DNA of 63,814 nt, counting the filler, from Hausera hauseri (lineage: Eukaryota), in NCBI GenBank assembly GCA_046269625.1. It is 11 parts of 11 records of this genome, joined end to end, with 100 filler letters (N's around TTAATTAATTAA, not from the genome) between each part and the next. Parts side by side here need not be neighbours in the genome. Positions count along the whole stretch, not along the records: positions 24,639 to 29,483 come from JBJURY010416144.1; positions 29,584 to 36,068 come from JBJURY010094654.1; 9 more parts are not named here. One strand, written 5' to 3'. How positions within the stretch are numbered: position 1 is the stretch's first letter; each line of letters opens with the position of its first letter. The translations under genes were made by a program, and so were the position numbers. Below the pieces are notes generated by a model. That model was given only the letters and a program-made list of their open reading frames with translations, did no database searches and had not been told where the DNA came from. Positions 24,639-36,168 of the stretch are shown in pieces.

Positions 24639-27600
24639 AAAAAATCCGCTATTAAATTATCTGTGCCAGAAATATGGCAGATTTTAAAGTTGAACGTTGA
24701 CAAGTACGAAATATGGCTTTCTTGTCGAAGTGATGGTTGCTTTATGTTCATTACATGAACGAGGGATTTGTGGTCTGTTTGAATGGTGAAAGACCGGGCG
24801 ATAAGTACATGTGAAGAAATTTTAAGAGCTAAAACGATGACCAGGCGTTCCCTATCGAAGGTGGAATAACGACATTCTTGTGGTTGGAGTTTACGTGAAA
24901 AGAATTCTAGTGGTTAATTTATTTCTTGAGATATTTGATGGTGAACCGCTCCGACGTCTGTGATTGATGAATCGGTTGTCAGGATGAGATCGGCATCAGG
25001 TTTTGGATAAGCCAAGATTTCAACCGTTTTAAGAATATTGCGGAGCTCATCAAACTGGTTTAAAAGTTCTGGAGTTCAATATAAAGGTTTCTTCTTTGGT
25101 TCTGCTCCTAGTTGAGCGAACGCAGCAGTTAACAGGGTGCACTGTGGTACATACTTATGAACGAAATACAAAGTCACGAGAAAGCTGCGCATATCAATTT
25201 TGTTTTTTTTGCAATTCGATATTTTGTAATTGCTGAATTCTATCAGTATGTGGGCTGACTGTAAGGCGTAATGATGCGGCCTAGGAAATTAACTTTCTTT
25301 TGAATCAATGTGCATTTTGCGAAGTTAACTTGTAAGTTGTTGTTGTTATACAGGCGTTTAAAAACAAGTTTGAGTTGTTTAGCGTGTTGCTTAGGTGAGG
25401 ATGATACTACCAGTATATCGTCGATATATGGTAAGAGAATGGTAGGCCTGAAAGGATAGAATCGATATGCCGTTGAAAAGTTTGGGCTGCGATCTTTAAG
25501 CCAAACGGTACGAAGGCATATTTAAAGAGACAAAATGGTGTAATTATCGCCGTTTTTTTGGATGTCTTCAGGCGCTACTGGTATTTGATGGTAGGCTTTT
25601 TCTAAGTCTATAGTGGAGTAGATTGTAGTTTTATGCAACGAATGTAAGATGTCTTTTATCAAAGGTAAAGAGTTAGCATCCATGATGGCGACATGATTAT
25701 GTTGACGATCATCGCCGCACGGTCGGAATGTACCATGTTTTTTGGTTACCACATGAAGTGGTGAAGCCCATGGTGACTTTGAACGGTGGATTATTCCTGC
25801 TTGTTCAAGTAACGTGAATTTAGATTGGACTGCATGTCGACGACGTGGTGATAGTGGTCTGAGTTTTTGCCTGATTGGCCGAGGATTCTTTGTGATGATG
25901 TGATAAAATGTCGAGCTAGTTGGTCTAAAAGTGGGGTCCTTTGTTATCGTGTGGCAGCAGGACTTAGTTATGTATTGGTGGGTTTCTTGACTTAATGAGG
26001 CAAATGATGTGGTTAGTAAATTAGATGGTAGATCAATGGCAGAACTGGATATGGTGGGTATTGAACTGTCTGCATCGTCTTTGTCAACGTTTTCTACTTT
26101 GTTACCGTTTGATGGGAATATAAAATTATCAAAATTAGTAGTGTTAAATTCATATTTGAATTTAAATTAGGTAACGACGTTTTTAGTATAGGCCCTACAA
26201 ACGAGGCAGGCTGTGCAACTGATGGAGGGTTATCTGTATATGTTGCACTTACTTGTTTGTTTCTAACTAATTTACTATGTCTACAGTCTACTAGGAGGTT
26301 GTAGAAAGATAAAAAATCGAAGCCAAGTATTGGTGACTGTATAGGTTACGATGAAGGTCCAGGTGAAAATATCAGGAAAAGGCTGTAACATGAACGAGAT
26401 TTCGGACGTGCCGCATATACGTAATTCTTGGCCATTAGCTGTATATAATTTCTTGTCTGACGAGGAAAGTGTTTCGATTTTAGTAGACAGAGGCAGAAAA
26501 GATACTGTGATCATGAGTTGATTAAAAAATTAATCAGTTGAGTGGGCTTAGTTGTTATTGAAGCATTGAGAGTAAATACGGCATAAGTACGTCTGTTACG
26601 GTGGAGATATTTGCCTGTGCCAGCATGCATAGAAACATCTGGCAGCTTTTTTTATCTGAAGTACAGGACTTAAGTTGTTGGAAGTAATAGGCTGTGAGGA
26701 ATTGGAATGGCCGACGACGGTACAACCGGCAATGCAGTTGCGCGTTTTGATGCTAAATTTATTATTATATATACTAACGATTTCAGGTCATCGGAAACTA
26801 GGCGCATAAAACCTACATCCTAAACAGCATTTATTAGTATTATTTTTGAATTTGGTGTGATAGTAACACACCATCGGTCTCGCAGGCGACCTCGCACGTC
26901 TCGAATTTTGAGACGAAGAGCGGCTATGGCTCACATCAAAACGATTCCACCTCGGTATTTTCAGGGTATCTATTTTTGACGTGAGTAATGAGATTGTCTG
27001 ATATATTGGCGTTTTAGGTACGTAAAGAATTTATTTCCTTGTTCAAATTTGATATTTCGTTAATCTTTTGTGTCGTTGACGTTTGTAACGTAGCGGCGAT
27101 TAATGGCGTTGATTGTGAATGTAGTATTTCGTGACTTTTATTAGCTAATTGTGCCAGTTTTTGTAGTGTCTCTGTGTCCTCGATTATTGCTAGGAGTACA
27201 CGAATATCTCTTGGTAGAAACTTCAAAAAGTATATGCGCAGTAAATCAACGTTATTCGCATGGTTGACATTCAAAGTGCTCAACTGAGTTAAGGCGGTCT
27301 GAAGGAACTCCGAAGGTTTTAAATTTCCTATAGTGTTATTATTAAAATATTTTTAAATGATATTGTCTAAAGAAGCTTCGTGATTTTTAAGACTTAATTA
27401 AACAGGGAATTGTATGGGTCGCTGCTTTAAAAGACTTTTGACAAGTTGGAAAGCTGTGATTTTATATGTGGTGTCAGGCGAATAAAAAGGCTGTTTGCCT
27501 TAAGAAAAACGTCAATGATGTTGTTGGATTTTAGCCATGAATCATGAAATCCCAGCCATGTTCGACTGGAATATCATTTGTCAATGAAATATTCTACACC

Positions 27601-27980
27601 AGGTAAGTTGAAGGTAAATGACGGAAGTGAAGCTGAATTTAGAGCTACGTTGATAGTGGGAACGTCGGCGAGGTCTTGTTGGTATTTAGGCGAGGTTTTC
27701 GGATCAGACCCGCCGAGTAGACGAAGATGGATAGTTAGAAGAAGCGTGGACAATCTGAATGTATGAGGTGCAAGTATTTCTGATGATAGGAAAAAGATGC
27801 CGTTATAAGAAAGTCGGAAATTGGTAAATTTGGTATGGTGTGTTAACACATCAGACAAGTTTTCGACCGTGGCTGTATAATTTGCATGACATTTGTGTAC
27901 CTGTTGATTGTGAAAAAAGAAAGCGAGTTGGATGAAACTGTCGAAAACGCCAGGAGAATGTAGTGGCAGAGTAGAGGCAT
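24639..27980 (-). mobile_element. Ty3/gypsy element (family B, CsRn1-like), decayed: Ubl-gag, protease, RT, RNase H
   Basis: LYTANGQELRICG (protease region); SPWASPLHVV, RPCGD, STIDLEKAYHQIPVAPEDI, YIDDILV; gag LRIYFLKFLPRDIRVLL..LAQLA; C-x2-H-x9-C-x3-C motif near 26820-26870. Confidence 0.9.
27709..27935 (-). CDS. Ubiquitin-like domain fused N-terminally to Gag (copy 1)
   Basis: LAFFFHNQQVHKCHANYTATVENLSDVL..FRLSYNGIFF..STLLLTIHLRLLGG versus ubiquitin TIENV..RLIFAG..STLHLVLRLRGG; in frame with gag EYFIDK*YSSRTWL. Confidence 0.75.
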
Positions 27981-30048
27981 CGCCAGGTTCCAGGTAAATT
28001 GGTGCCCGGTTTATCCAAGCGAGAAACTAACCATCAAATTCGAAACCGGACAATCCCCGCCCGTTAGTGCCGGGGTTTTAGAATTCGAATATTTGCTTAT
28101 TTCTCGTGTTACTTTTAATGATATTTTATGGCGTTAAATGCGATATAAAGGATGTTTCTTTGGCCGCCTAATTTCTCGTCACTGGATTTCGAGTCAAGAA
28201 TATTAGATTATGGTAATCTCAAGAAAACTTTTAAAATATTGGTTACCTTCTCATCAGTTTGAAAGATATTATGTCTCAATGTTTGAGATTTCAAAACCAA
28301 AATGCCGATGAAAATGCAATTATATTTGTTTTTATTGGGTCGTGTATTTTCTAAAGCTTGGTTATTTAACACAACATTGTCCATGCTTCTCAAAGTGCTG
28401 ACATATAAAACTCCAGAATCGATACATCTATCCTGTGGTGAATCCAACCACTGAGAATTAAGAATGGGTTCAGATTTTAACGAAACAAAAAACCGCCGTT
28501 GTTACATTTGTTTAAAGTTGTGCAAAGATGCCTTTGGTGATTTTTATATCTCTGGAGTGGCCTGACCAGTGATTATCATGTGGGAGTCTATGTGAATTAA
28601 ACTTTCCTGTAAACAGTTCAATATGTTGCTTCTCTAGTAAGTTCAGTAGCTTTTGTATTACTGTGTTGCTTCGTCAGGTTGTCTCGCTCCCTTTCTCTAA
28701 ATCTAGTTTTGCGTATGTTGTATCAATTATTGCCAGCTAACTCCAGCCCCGTAGAACTTGTGACGGCGTTTTTCTAAAGATTAAAATTGTTTTGTTGTTT
28801 TCAAAACTTCACTGAGAATTCGATATCTCGTTGTTCCGACAATTTGCTGCGTTTTTAGTAAAATAAATAATATGACATTTACATAAATCGTTACTTCGCA
28901 TATATTCTGTTTTGTTCTTGGTAAAGAGCTGAGGAGTTGAAGTCCAGGATTCGAAGCTCCAATGTTTTGACGCAAGGCTCAAAATATTTATAAATCTAAA
29001 CTGTTTTAAAAACAATGGAATATTTTCTGCTTCACAAACAAACATTTGATTTACCTATTTAATATATATATATATTCTTAGTTTCTAAATTATATTCTAT
29101 TTTCAGAAAATATTTTAATTTCAAGTTTTCGGCCAGGTTGAAAAAAAAATGTTTTGTAACATTCGTATTAATGTTAACGAAATATGTTATGTTATTTGCT
29201 AATGACACTAGAATCACACCATTCCCATGTAAGCGCCACTCTCTGTTTTTAGCCAACCACAGAAGGCATCTCATGCTCACCATATTAGCAACTCATTGAT
29301 TGTAGGACCTTATTTCTTGTCTTGCAAGTTTACTTTCTTCCATCACCTCTTCTCTCACAGATTGATTTCTTCATATAAGCATTATTCTACAACTTTGCAT
29401 CCTATGCTCATCCAACACATTTTTCAGGGCTGTCAGTGGCGTATGTGTGAGTTGATGACCTGCGCTAGGCGTCACGCTAAATTNNNNNNNNNNNNNNNNN
29501 NNNNNNNNNNNNNNNNNNNNNNNNNNNTTAATTAATTAANNNNNNNNNNNNNNNNNNNNNNNNNNNNNNNNNNNNNNNNNNNNCGATACTACATTTCCGA
29601 CCGACAAGCGACGTTGAGTGGCAAACAAGTGCCGATGGCGCGAAAATATATTTTGTTTTAATATTGTACATATGATTTACAGTTTTGAATTTTCGTTCTA
29701 ATAAATCGATATATTCTGCCATTTTAGTTACGATTTTAGACATTTTGTTTTCCAAATAGTTTATCACTGATCATTTGGATTTTTGGTGCAGTCAATTTAT
29801 TTCGAAATCCTCCGTTTTAGACATTTTTATTTGAAATTTCGAATTTATATCATATGCGCGAGCTATTTAGTGCACGTATTATATTTATCATTTACAATTG
29901 GTGTCAGAGTTCTTTTTATAAAACTACTGTTTTATAACTGCTTGAAAGCCGAATCGCAACTTGCGGAATTTGCATCAGAGTATCACGAAACCGTGGAGAC
30001 CGACCTGGGTTAAGGCAAAAGTCGTTTGTAAATTATGATGAAAACAAA

Positions 30049-32600
30049 ATGTATGGCATTATATCAATTGAAGATTCCGACAGCGATAGTATCATTATTA
30101 TTACTGATGATGAAAACGAAGGTAGTGCCACGACATTTTCTGACCTGAATGAGACAACATCTAGCCCTGTTAAATCCGATGTTATATCCACACAGATTAA
30201 TAAGTTTCCTAGCATTATTATTGACAAATTGTCCGATCTATGTGATGATATAAGCAACGACAATCCGGATGATAACTCAAATGACATTGTTACGACAGGT
30301 AATCATGAGGAAATAAACGATGTGGCACTCACCAGAGACTGAAACCGCTGACAGTGTAAATGAAGCCAATCCAACGTCGCACGAAAGTCAGAACAATGAA
30401 AATACAGATAATTCTGCTTCTAGTTTACCGGAAGATATCAATTCCAACAAATCGAATGTTGATAGTGCACTAACGAGAGATATCGATTCGACATCTTCCG
30501 TGTCGGCCATAGGCAAAAATTGGCTCCATTTCCCCATGAAACGACGGAAACCGCCGAAAAACGCCATTCTCGACGATTTGGACAGTACGTTTTACGTTGA
30601 AAAGGTTCTGGATGTTCGGGAAATTCGTGAAAACTCATGGGAAAGGGAGGAAAGTATCAATTTCCCATCAATGATTGATGATTTTATTGCCGAACCATAT
30701 GTTGTTTAACATAAGGACCGTGTCCAAATGACTCATTCGGCTATTAATCCACAAAATGACAAGTTACCGAATTCCAAAATCATTAACGCCGTCTTCTAAG
30801 GAAAGTTTTCTCGAATTGGATAATGCCTACTTAAACAACCTAAGAACCAAATCTGCAGCATACTGTGTTCTTCCAAATGAACAATTAAGTCATATACCAG
30901 AAGTCTATCGAAGTATGCCCGAAACCGATTTGATTCAAAGCGATGCTCAATGCGATATCGACGTGTCGAGCAGGGATGTTATGACATCATGAGTCATCAC
31001 AACCCAATGTACACAAATAATGAGTATGAATCTATGGCTGAAAGTCAGGTAAATCTGCTTGACCCAAGCGACGAAATTAGACGGTCACGACTTATCAACG
31101 CTAAGCAAAATTTTATAATTCTGGATAATCCAATCCTCCGGTCACATGATGGGTTGAGACTCAGTCCATTGGGTTTACACAAAATACCCGGCTTTTTAGA
31201 TATGGATATGTTACATGATTCGTCGCTCGACTTTCCTGATTATCGACGTCCAGACTGCTCGAATTCTATGGGAAATGGTGACGACAGTGATCATTTATCG
31301 AAGAAAAGCAGGAACTTGTCGAACTCGAGAGATAGTAGTTCAATTGCTGCACGAAGATTCGGTGGACAAACTTCGTCTGATGAAAGTGGTCAGAAAAGAG
31401 ATGGCTTAAAATGTAAATATGAGGACAGTGAAATGAATAACATTTCCAATGAGATTCATTATTACGACCAAAGTAACAAAGATAATGCACAAAGTAAAAG
31501 TCAGAGAATTGGTGAAGATACATATGAGTTCATTCATCCCTCAGTCACTCCAAAGTAGCGCTCCTGGTCATCCAATGCTATCAAATTCTTATGACAACGC
31601 ATCATCGTGTGTTAGCGTAGTAACGAATTTCGGTTGGACCAGTTATGACGATGATGATCTGTACAGTGATTATCCGGACTATGCGAAAAAGACCAATTCC
31701 TCCAATCATGCAAAGAAAAATTGGTCTTCAAAGCGGTCGGAGACAAATGACATAATTAGTAGCCATAATCATATCGATGAGGACGATTCGGATTTGGATT
31801 GTATTCGGATTCATAGTGATCTGTCGGATTACAGTGATAACCCTCCGGTATCTGACTTAGACAACGAAACTGATACTGAATATCGATCGACTGACATGGG
31901 TCATGCAGAGTTTATGAATGACAATCAATATAAACAGATTTATAAATTTTCCCCGGGTAATATGCTGAATTCTGAATATTACGGCAAACGAGCCTTGGAC
32001 AAAAATGCTTTTGAGGCTCGTGGGAATGACATATTTAGATGATATGGACATGACTGGCAGCATATTCGCTTCTCATCCGTAGGCCAATAATGGATGTCAA
32101 AAAAACGAAGACTGTGACATTCATTCTCTACCGTCGAGCAGAAAAGATGACTACAGTTCGACTTGCAGAAAACCTCCTCAGAAGGATTGTGATAGGATTC
32201 TTAGTTCAAGACTTCCCAGCGTTGCTTTGGTGCAAATACCTGATTTTAGTGATTTTAAAATACCGAGAGATGTTATGAAACAGAATATTATCGCAAAGAA
32301 CGGAAAATCACGGGAGATTTTTAGTCTATCATTCAGATTTGCCTGAGTATGCAATGTCAGTGTCAAGAATTCCCTTAATAATAACGCCAGCAACATTCGC
32401 TTTCATAAAAATGTAGATAGTGAAAGAAAGCAAGTCACAAATGGGAACGACAGTGATGCAATGAGTGGGTATGCTGGAGATGTTGCTTGGTCCGTGTACG
32501 ATAGTGATGAAGATGACCAACCTCATAAAAATAGATTTATTCAACTTTATTTGGATTATAAGATGGGCAACGGGCTACTTTCCTAACTGTTGTCAACAGA
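30049..32600 (+). pseudogene. Fragmented host gene: acidic/Ser-rich protein with partially deleted chromodomain
   Basis: Chain of overlapping low-complexity ORFs in shifting frames. FYVEKVLDVRE..ENSWEREESINFPSMIDDF matches both ends of a chromodomain but lacks the YLVKWKGY core. Confidence 0.55.
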
Positions 32601-33515
32601 TGATGGGGATACAGCTAATTCTGACAATTGATTCAATAAATTGACAAAAAAATTCCCCACAAAAAAGTCAAACAAAAACCGAACATTTACGAATCTCTTT
32701 GGAAAACTAGTGAATCCAAGACAATTTTGGTTCAGTTTCCTTTCTGCTTGTTTTGGAATGCTCAGCTTATTGTTGGGTTTAAGTTATAAAATATGCCGTG
32801 AGGAACTGAAAGGCTGGTGTGAAGCAATGAATTTCAACGAACTGAATGTCAGATGGCCGGTTATCTTACCCCCTGTTCTTGTGATCGGTTATACACTTTG
32901 GCTTCGACACAGTGTAAATAATTGCTCAACTAAATTTAACGTGCTTTTGTCAAGTATTTTATACCCCTATCCACAGTCTTTATTTTTTCATCTCTCGTTA
33001 CAATCGGCGTTATTTTCTATTTCATTATTCGTTCTCGTTGTCCTCTTTGCAAATCCTTTAATGATGGTCGAACGTTTTTTATTGCAACCGAACGTTTCTA
33101 TTCTAACAATCTATCAACTGTTGAAGGAGTACCAGTCTTCGAATAGATCAATCGTTGTTCAAAGACATCCTGATCCCCTAGTTCAAGCTGAATCAGTCTC
33201 GCCTTCAGCAACTTCATACGTTTGCTCAGTTTTTTTTCACACGGCGCAGAGCCCTCTAACTATCTCGTGTTCTGCAACCGCCATGGACCAAGGATTAAGA
33301 AAAAGGTCAGTGAATTTGTTACATTGCTGTTTAACCATACAAACCAAGGCCATGATTGACGGTCCAAAAATTATGCATGACCCTGTTGTTAAAATAGAAC
33401 TCTATCGTCATAATCCTACTTTATGCCCAAGGGACGTTAGAAAACTAGACGCAGTCAAACGTCAACTATGCCGGAGACGCAGAATGCCCTTTCTACCGTT
33501 AACCACCCTGCAATT

Positions 33516-36068
33516 TAGTGCTCACCGTGCCGGGACGGAAATCCCGACCGCCAACCTTGCACCGGTCGGTCGGACGGCGCCTTCGACGTCGGCCCAACGT
33601 CACGCCCCCAGGCGCACCACTGCTCCCACTTTCCATTTTCTTTTTTAACAATATACATATCTACACCCTTAATACAACACATCCACACATTTCCACCTTG
33701 CAGACCTGCATTTCGTCCTTACTTAATTTTCCAGACTTTTACCTCATCCATAACGGCGCTATCATACATCTCAACGGAACTTAACCTTCTTTTTCAAATC
33801 ACACTTGCTTCAACATACATCTCCGTATCCGTGGTGGTATGAACTCTCTGCCACTTACTGACACCATGGATACAACTACAAAAAAGGTAATACCCATTCT
33901 GTACTACTCCAGTCCAAACCATCCACCTACTTCTCACAAAAATCCTATCAATACTTCTCAACATGCACTGAATACTTTATAGATAATAAAAAGCCCAGAA
34001 AAACTTGGCTCCACTTCCATAAATTCTGGTTACAGTCCAACGATATCACAGACTCGTTATCCAAAGCCCATAACTTACTTTATCTTCTCCCAAACTCTAT
34101 AAAGGTCTCAATCCATAACTTACTGGACATCTTTCAACACTCTGACCCTTATACCAAATTGTTCGATGCTGTATTGAAACAGATAGAACCATCAATTGAC
34201 TCCATAATGCAACGCTTCTTTAACGAAAACGCAATGGGAGCACAAAAACCCAGTGACTTCCTATGCATCTCGTTGGCTCACTTACGTACTCTCGGAGTCA
34301 CTAAGCAGCACAACCCAGATCTTCTGCACCACTATTTTCTTAATGCGCTACCTATCCAATTCCGGGCCTTACTTACCGTGGTGGGAGACTCCGCGCCGCT
34401 TGAAAAATTGGCCTAATTGGCCGATAGGACACACGATGTCCTACATGTAAATTCTGCACTAGTCGTTTCATCAGTAGTTGCCGCTAACGATAATACATGT
34501 ATAGAACAAAAACTTAATCAGCTACGTGCTGAAAACATTGCAATACATGCAACAATCAACAACATCAATAATAAATTGAACAAATTGTCTCTGTCCCGCC
34601 GAGGGGGTTTTGCCGCAGACCGTACCCGTTCTGCGTCACGAAACCGCTCACCATCGCCTGCGCGTTCGTCGATTTGCTACTACCACAGCAGATTCAACAT
34701 TAATGCTCAGAAGTGCTGCCTAGGCTGCAAGTTCTATAATAAGAATTTTTCCTCTGACACCGTTATCTGTATCTACCATGCAAGGTTCAAAAATCAGGCG
34801 CGTAGATGTATTCCAGGCTGCACTTTTAAATCTAATACGAACGACGGACGTAATGCCTTCCCTTCTAATAGTCGTCCTAGTTCACCCTTCCAAAAAACTA
34901 AGTTTGGCGCAAGCAGTCACGGCAAACTCTAGCGATAGCACTAATTCACTTTCTGAACGTCAACACGTCTCTTTTGCAGTCTTTACTCTAAAGGCTGCAA
35001 TCACTGTTCCTACAACACAATCTGTTGACTTCCTCATTGATACAGGTTCAGCGATTTCTCTATTACCACAAACCTTTCCTACATAAAATTTTCCATTCAA
35101 GATCAAATCTTTATACACTGCTTCAGGCCAACCGCTACGCATTTCTGGCACAGCTAAATTATCTTTCACTTTACCAAATTTCTCCTTACCTTTCCACTGG
35201 ACGTTCACAGTCGCTAACGTCCAGTCGGCAATTCTAGGATCTGACTTTCTCTCACATTGTAATCTGCTGGTTGACTGCAGTCAGCGATGTTTGAGGAACG
35301 GCACCACTGGTAGCATTTCTGGATATGTAAATAGCGTTTCGACTACCGGACAGTCGACCGGAATGCGGAAGTCAATCTTAAAATAGTCAACGAATGATTC
35401 GATTTTTTATAACAATAATTCAATTCGTAAATTTTTAAATAATAATACTGACATTCGATCGAAGTTCATTGTCGATACTTGTGGTACTGCCACCAACGCT
35501 AACTCATTCGACAAAAATACCTTAGCCAATACCATTTTCAATTTAACCATCTTACACCAAATACCACTTGACTGCACATCACCAAACAACTCACACATTG
35601 CATCTACTACTCAAGCCGTTTCATTACTTCCACCAAATCTCTCACAGTTACCTACAACTTTACAGCAATTTGTCAACACATCATGTCCACGCGTACTTAA
35701 AAAAGACCTTACTTTTACTCCCGCAAACATCACTTTACATTACATAGTCACACAGCACCAACGTCCGATACGCCAAAAAGTACGGCATCTGTCACTTCGT
35801 CGTAGACAGGCCGTAAAAGCCGAATTTCCTGAGCTCGAACGTTCCAGCATAGTACGCCGTTCCAAATTTCCTTGGTCATCACCGTTACATGTATAAAAAA
35901 GGACAGTACTTTGAGACAATGTGGTGACTACCGACAGCTAAACAACGTGACTATCATGGACGCGTATCCTTTACCACTTATCAAGGATATCCTGCATCGT
36001 CTTAACTCAACCACCATCTATTCAACCATTGATTTAGCTAAAGCATACCATCAAATACCGGTAGCACC
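33516..36068 (+). mobile_element. Ty3/gypsy element (family B), decayed: leader, Ubl-gag with two CHCC motifs, protease, RT start
   Basis: FLIDTGSAISLLP; LRQCGDYRQLN, STIDLAKAYHQIPV; gag KPSDFL, FLNALPIQFRALL; CYYHSRFNINAQKCCLGC and CIYHARFKNQARRCIPGC. Confidence 0.92.
33630..33838 (+). pseudogene. Ubiquitin-like domain upstream of/fused to Gag (copy 2)
   Basis: LSIFFFNNIHIYTLNTTHPHISTLQTCISSLLNFPDFYLIHNGAII..*..FNIHLRIRGG in one frame with one stop at 33782-84; a frameshift separates it from the gag core. Confidence 0.7.
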
Positions 36069-36168
36069 NNNNNNNNNNNNNNNNNNNNNNNNNNNNNNNN
36101 NNNNNNNNNNNNTTAATTAATTAANNNNNNNNNNNNNNNNNNNNNNNNNNNNNNNNNNNNNNNNNNNN

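Noticed and set aside
13800-25900. RT genes flanking the repeat array as a linked RT-plus-array system
   Set aside because: Artificial linkers separate the array from both RT-containing contigs, so there is no evidence of physical linkage.
29434-29443. CAGTGGCGTA as a hAT terminal inverted repeat
   Set aside because: Typical sequence but only 50 nt from the contig end; no partner TIR or TSD can be checked.
32641-33648. 335-aa plus-strand ORF as a membrane protein
   Set aside because: TTG start, no motif, and it crosses into the retroelement leader. The opposite strand shows a more protein-like decayed frame, so it is probably a shadow ORF.
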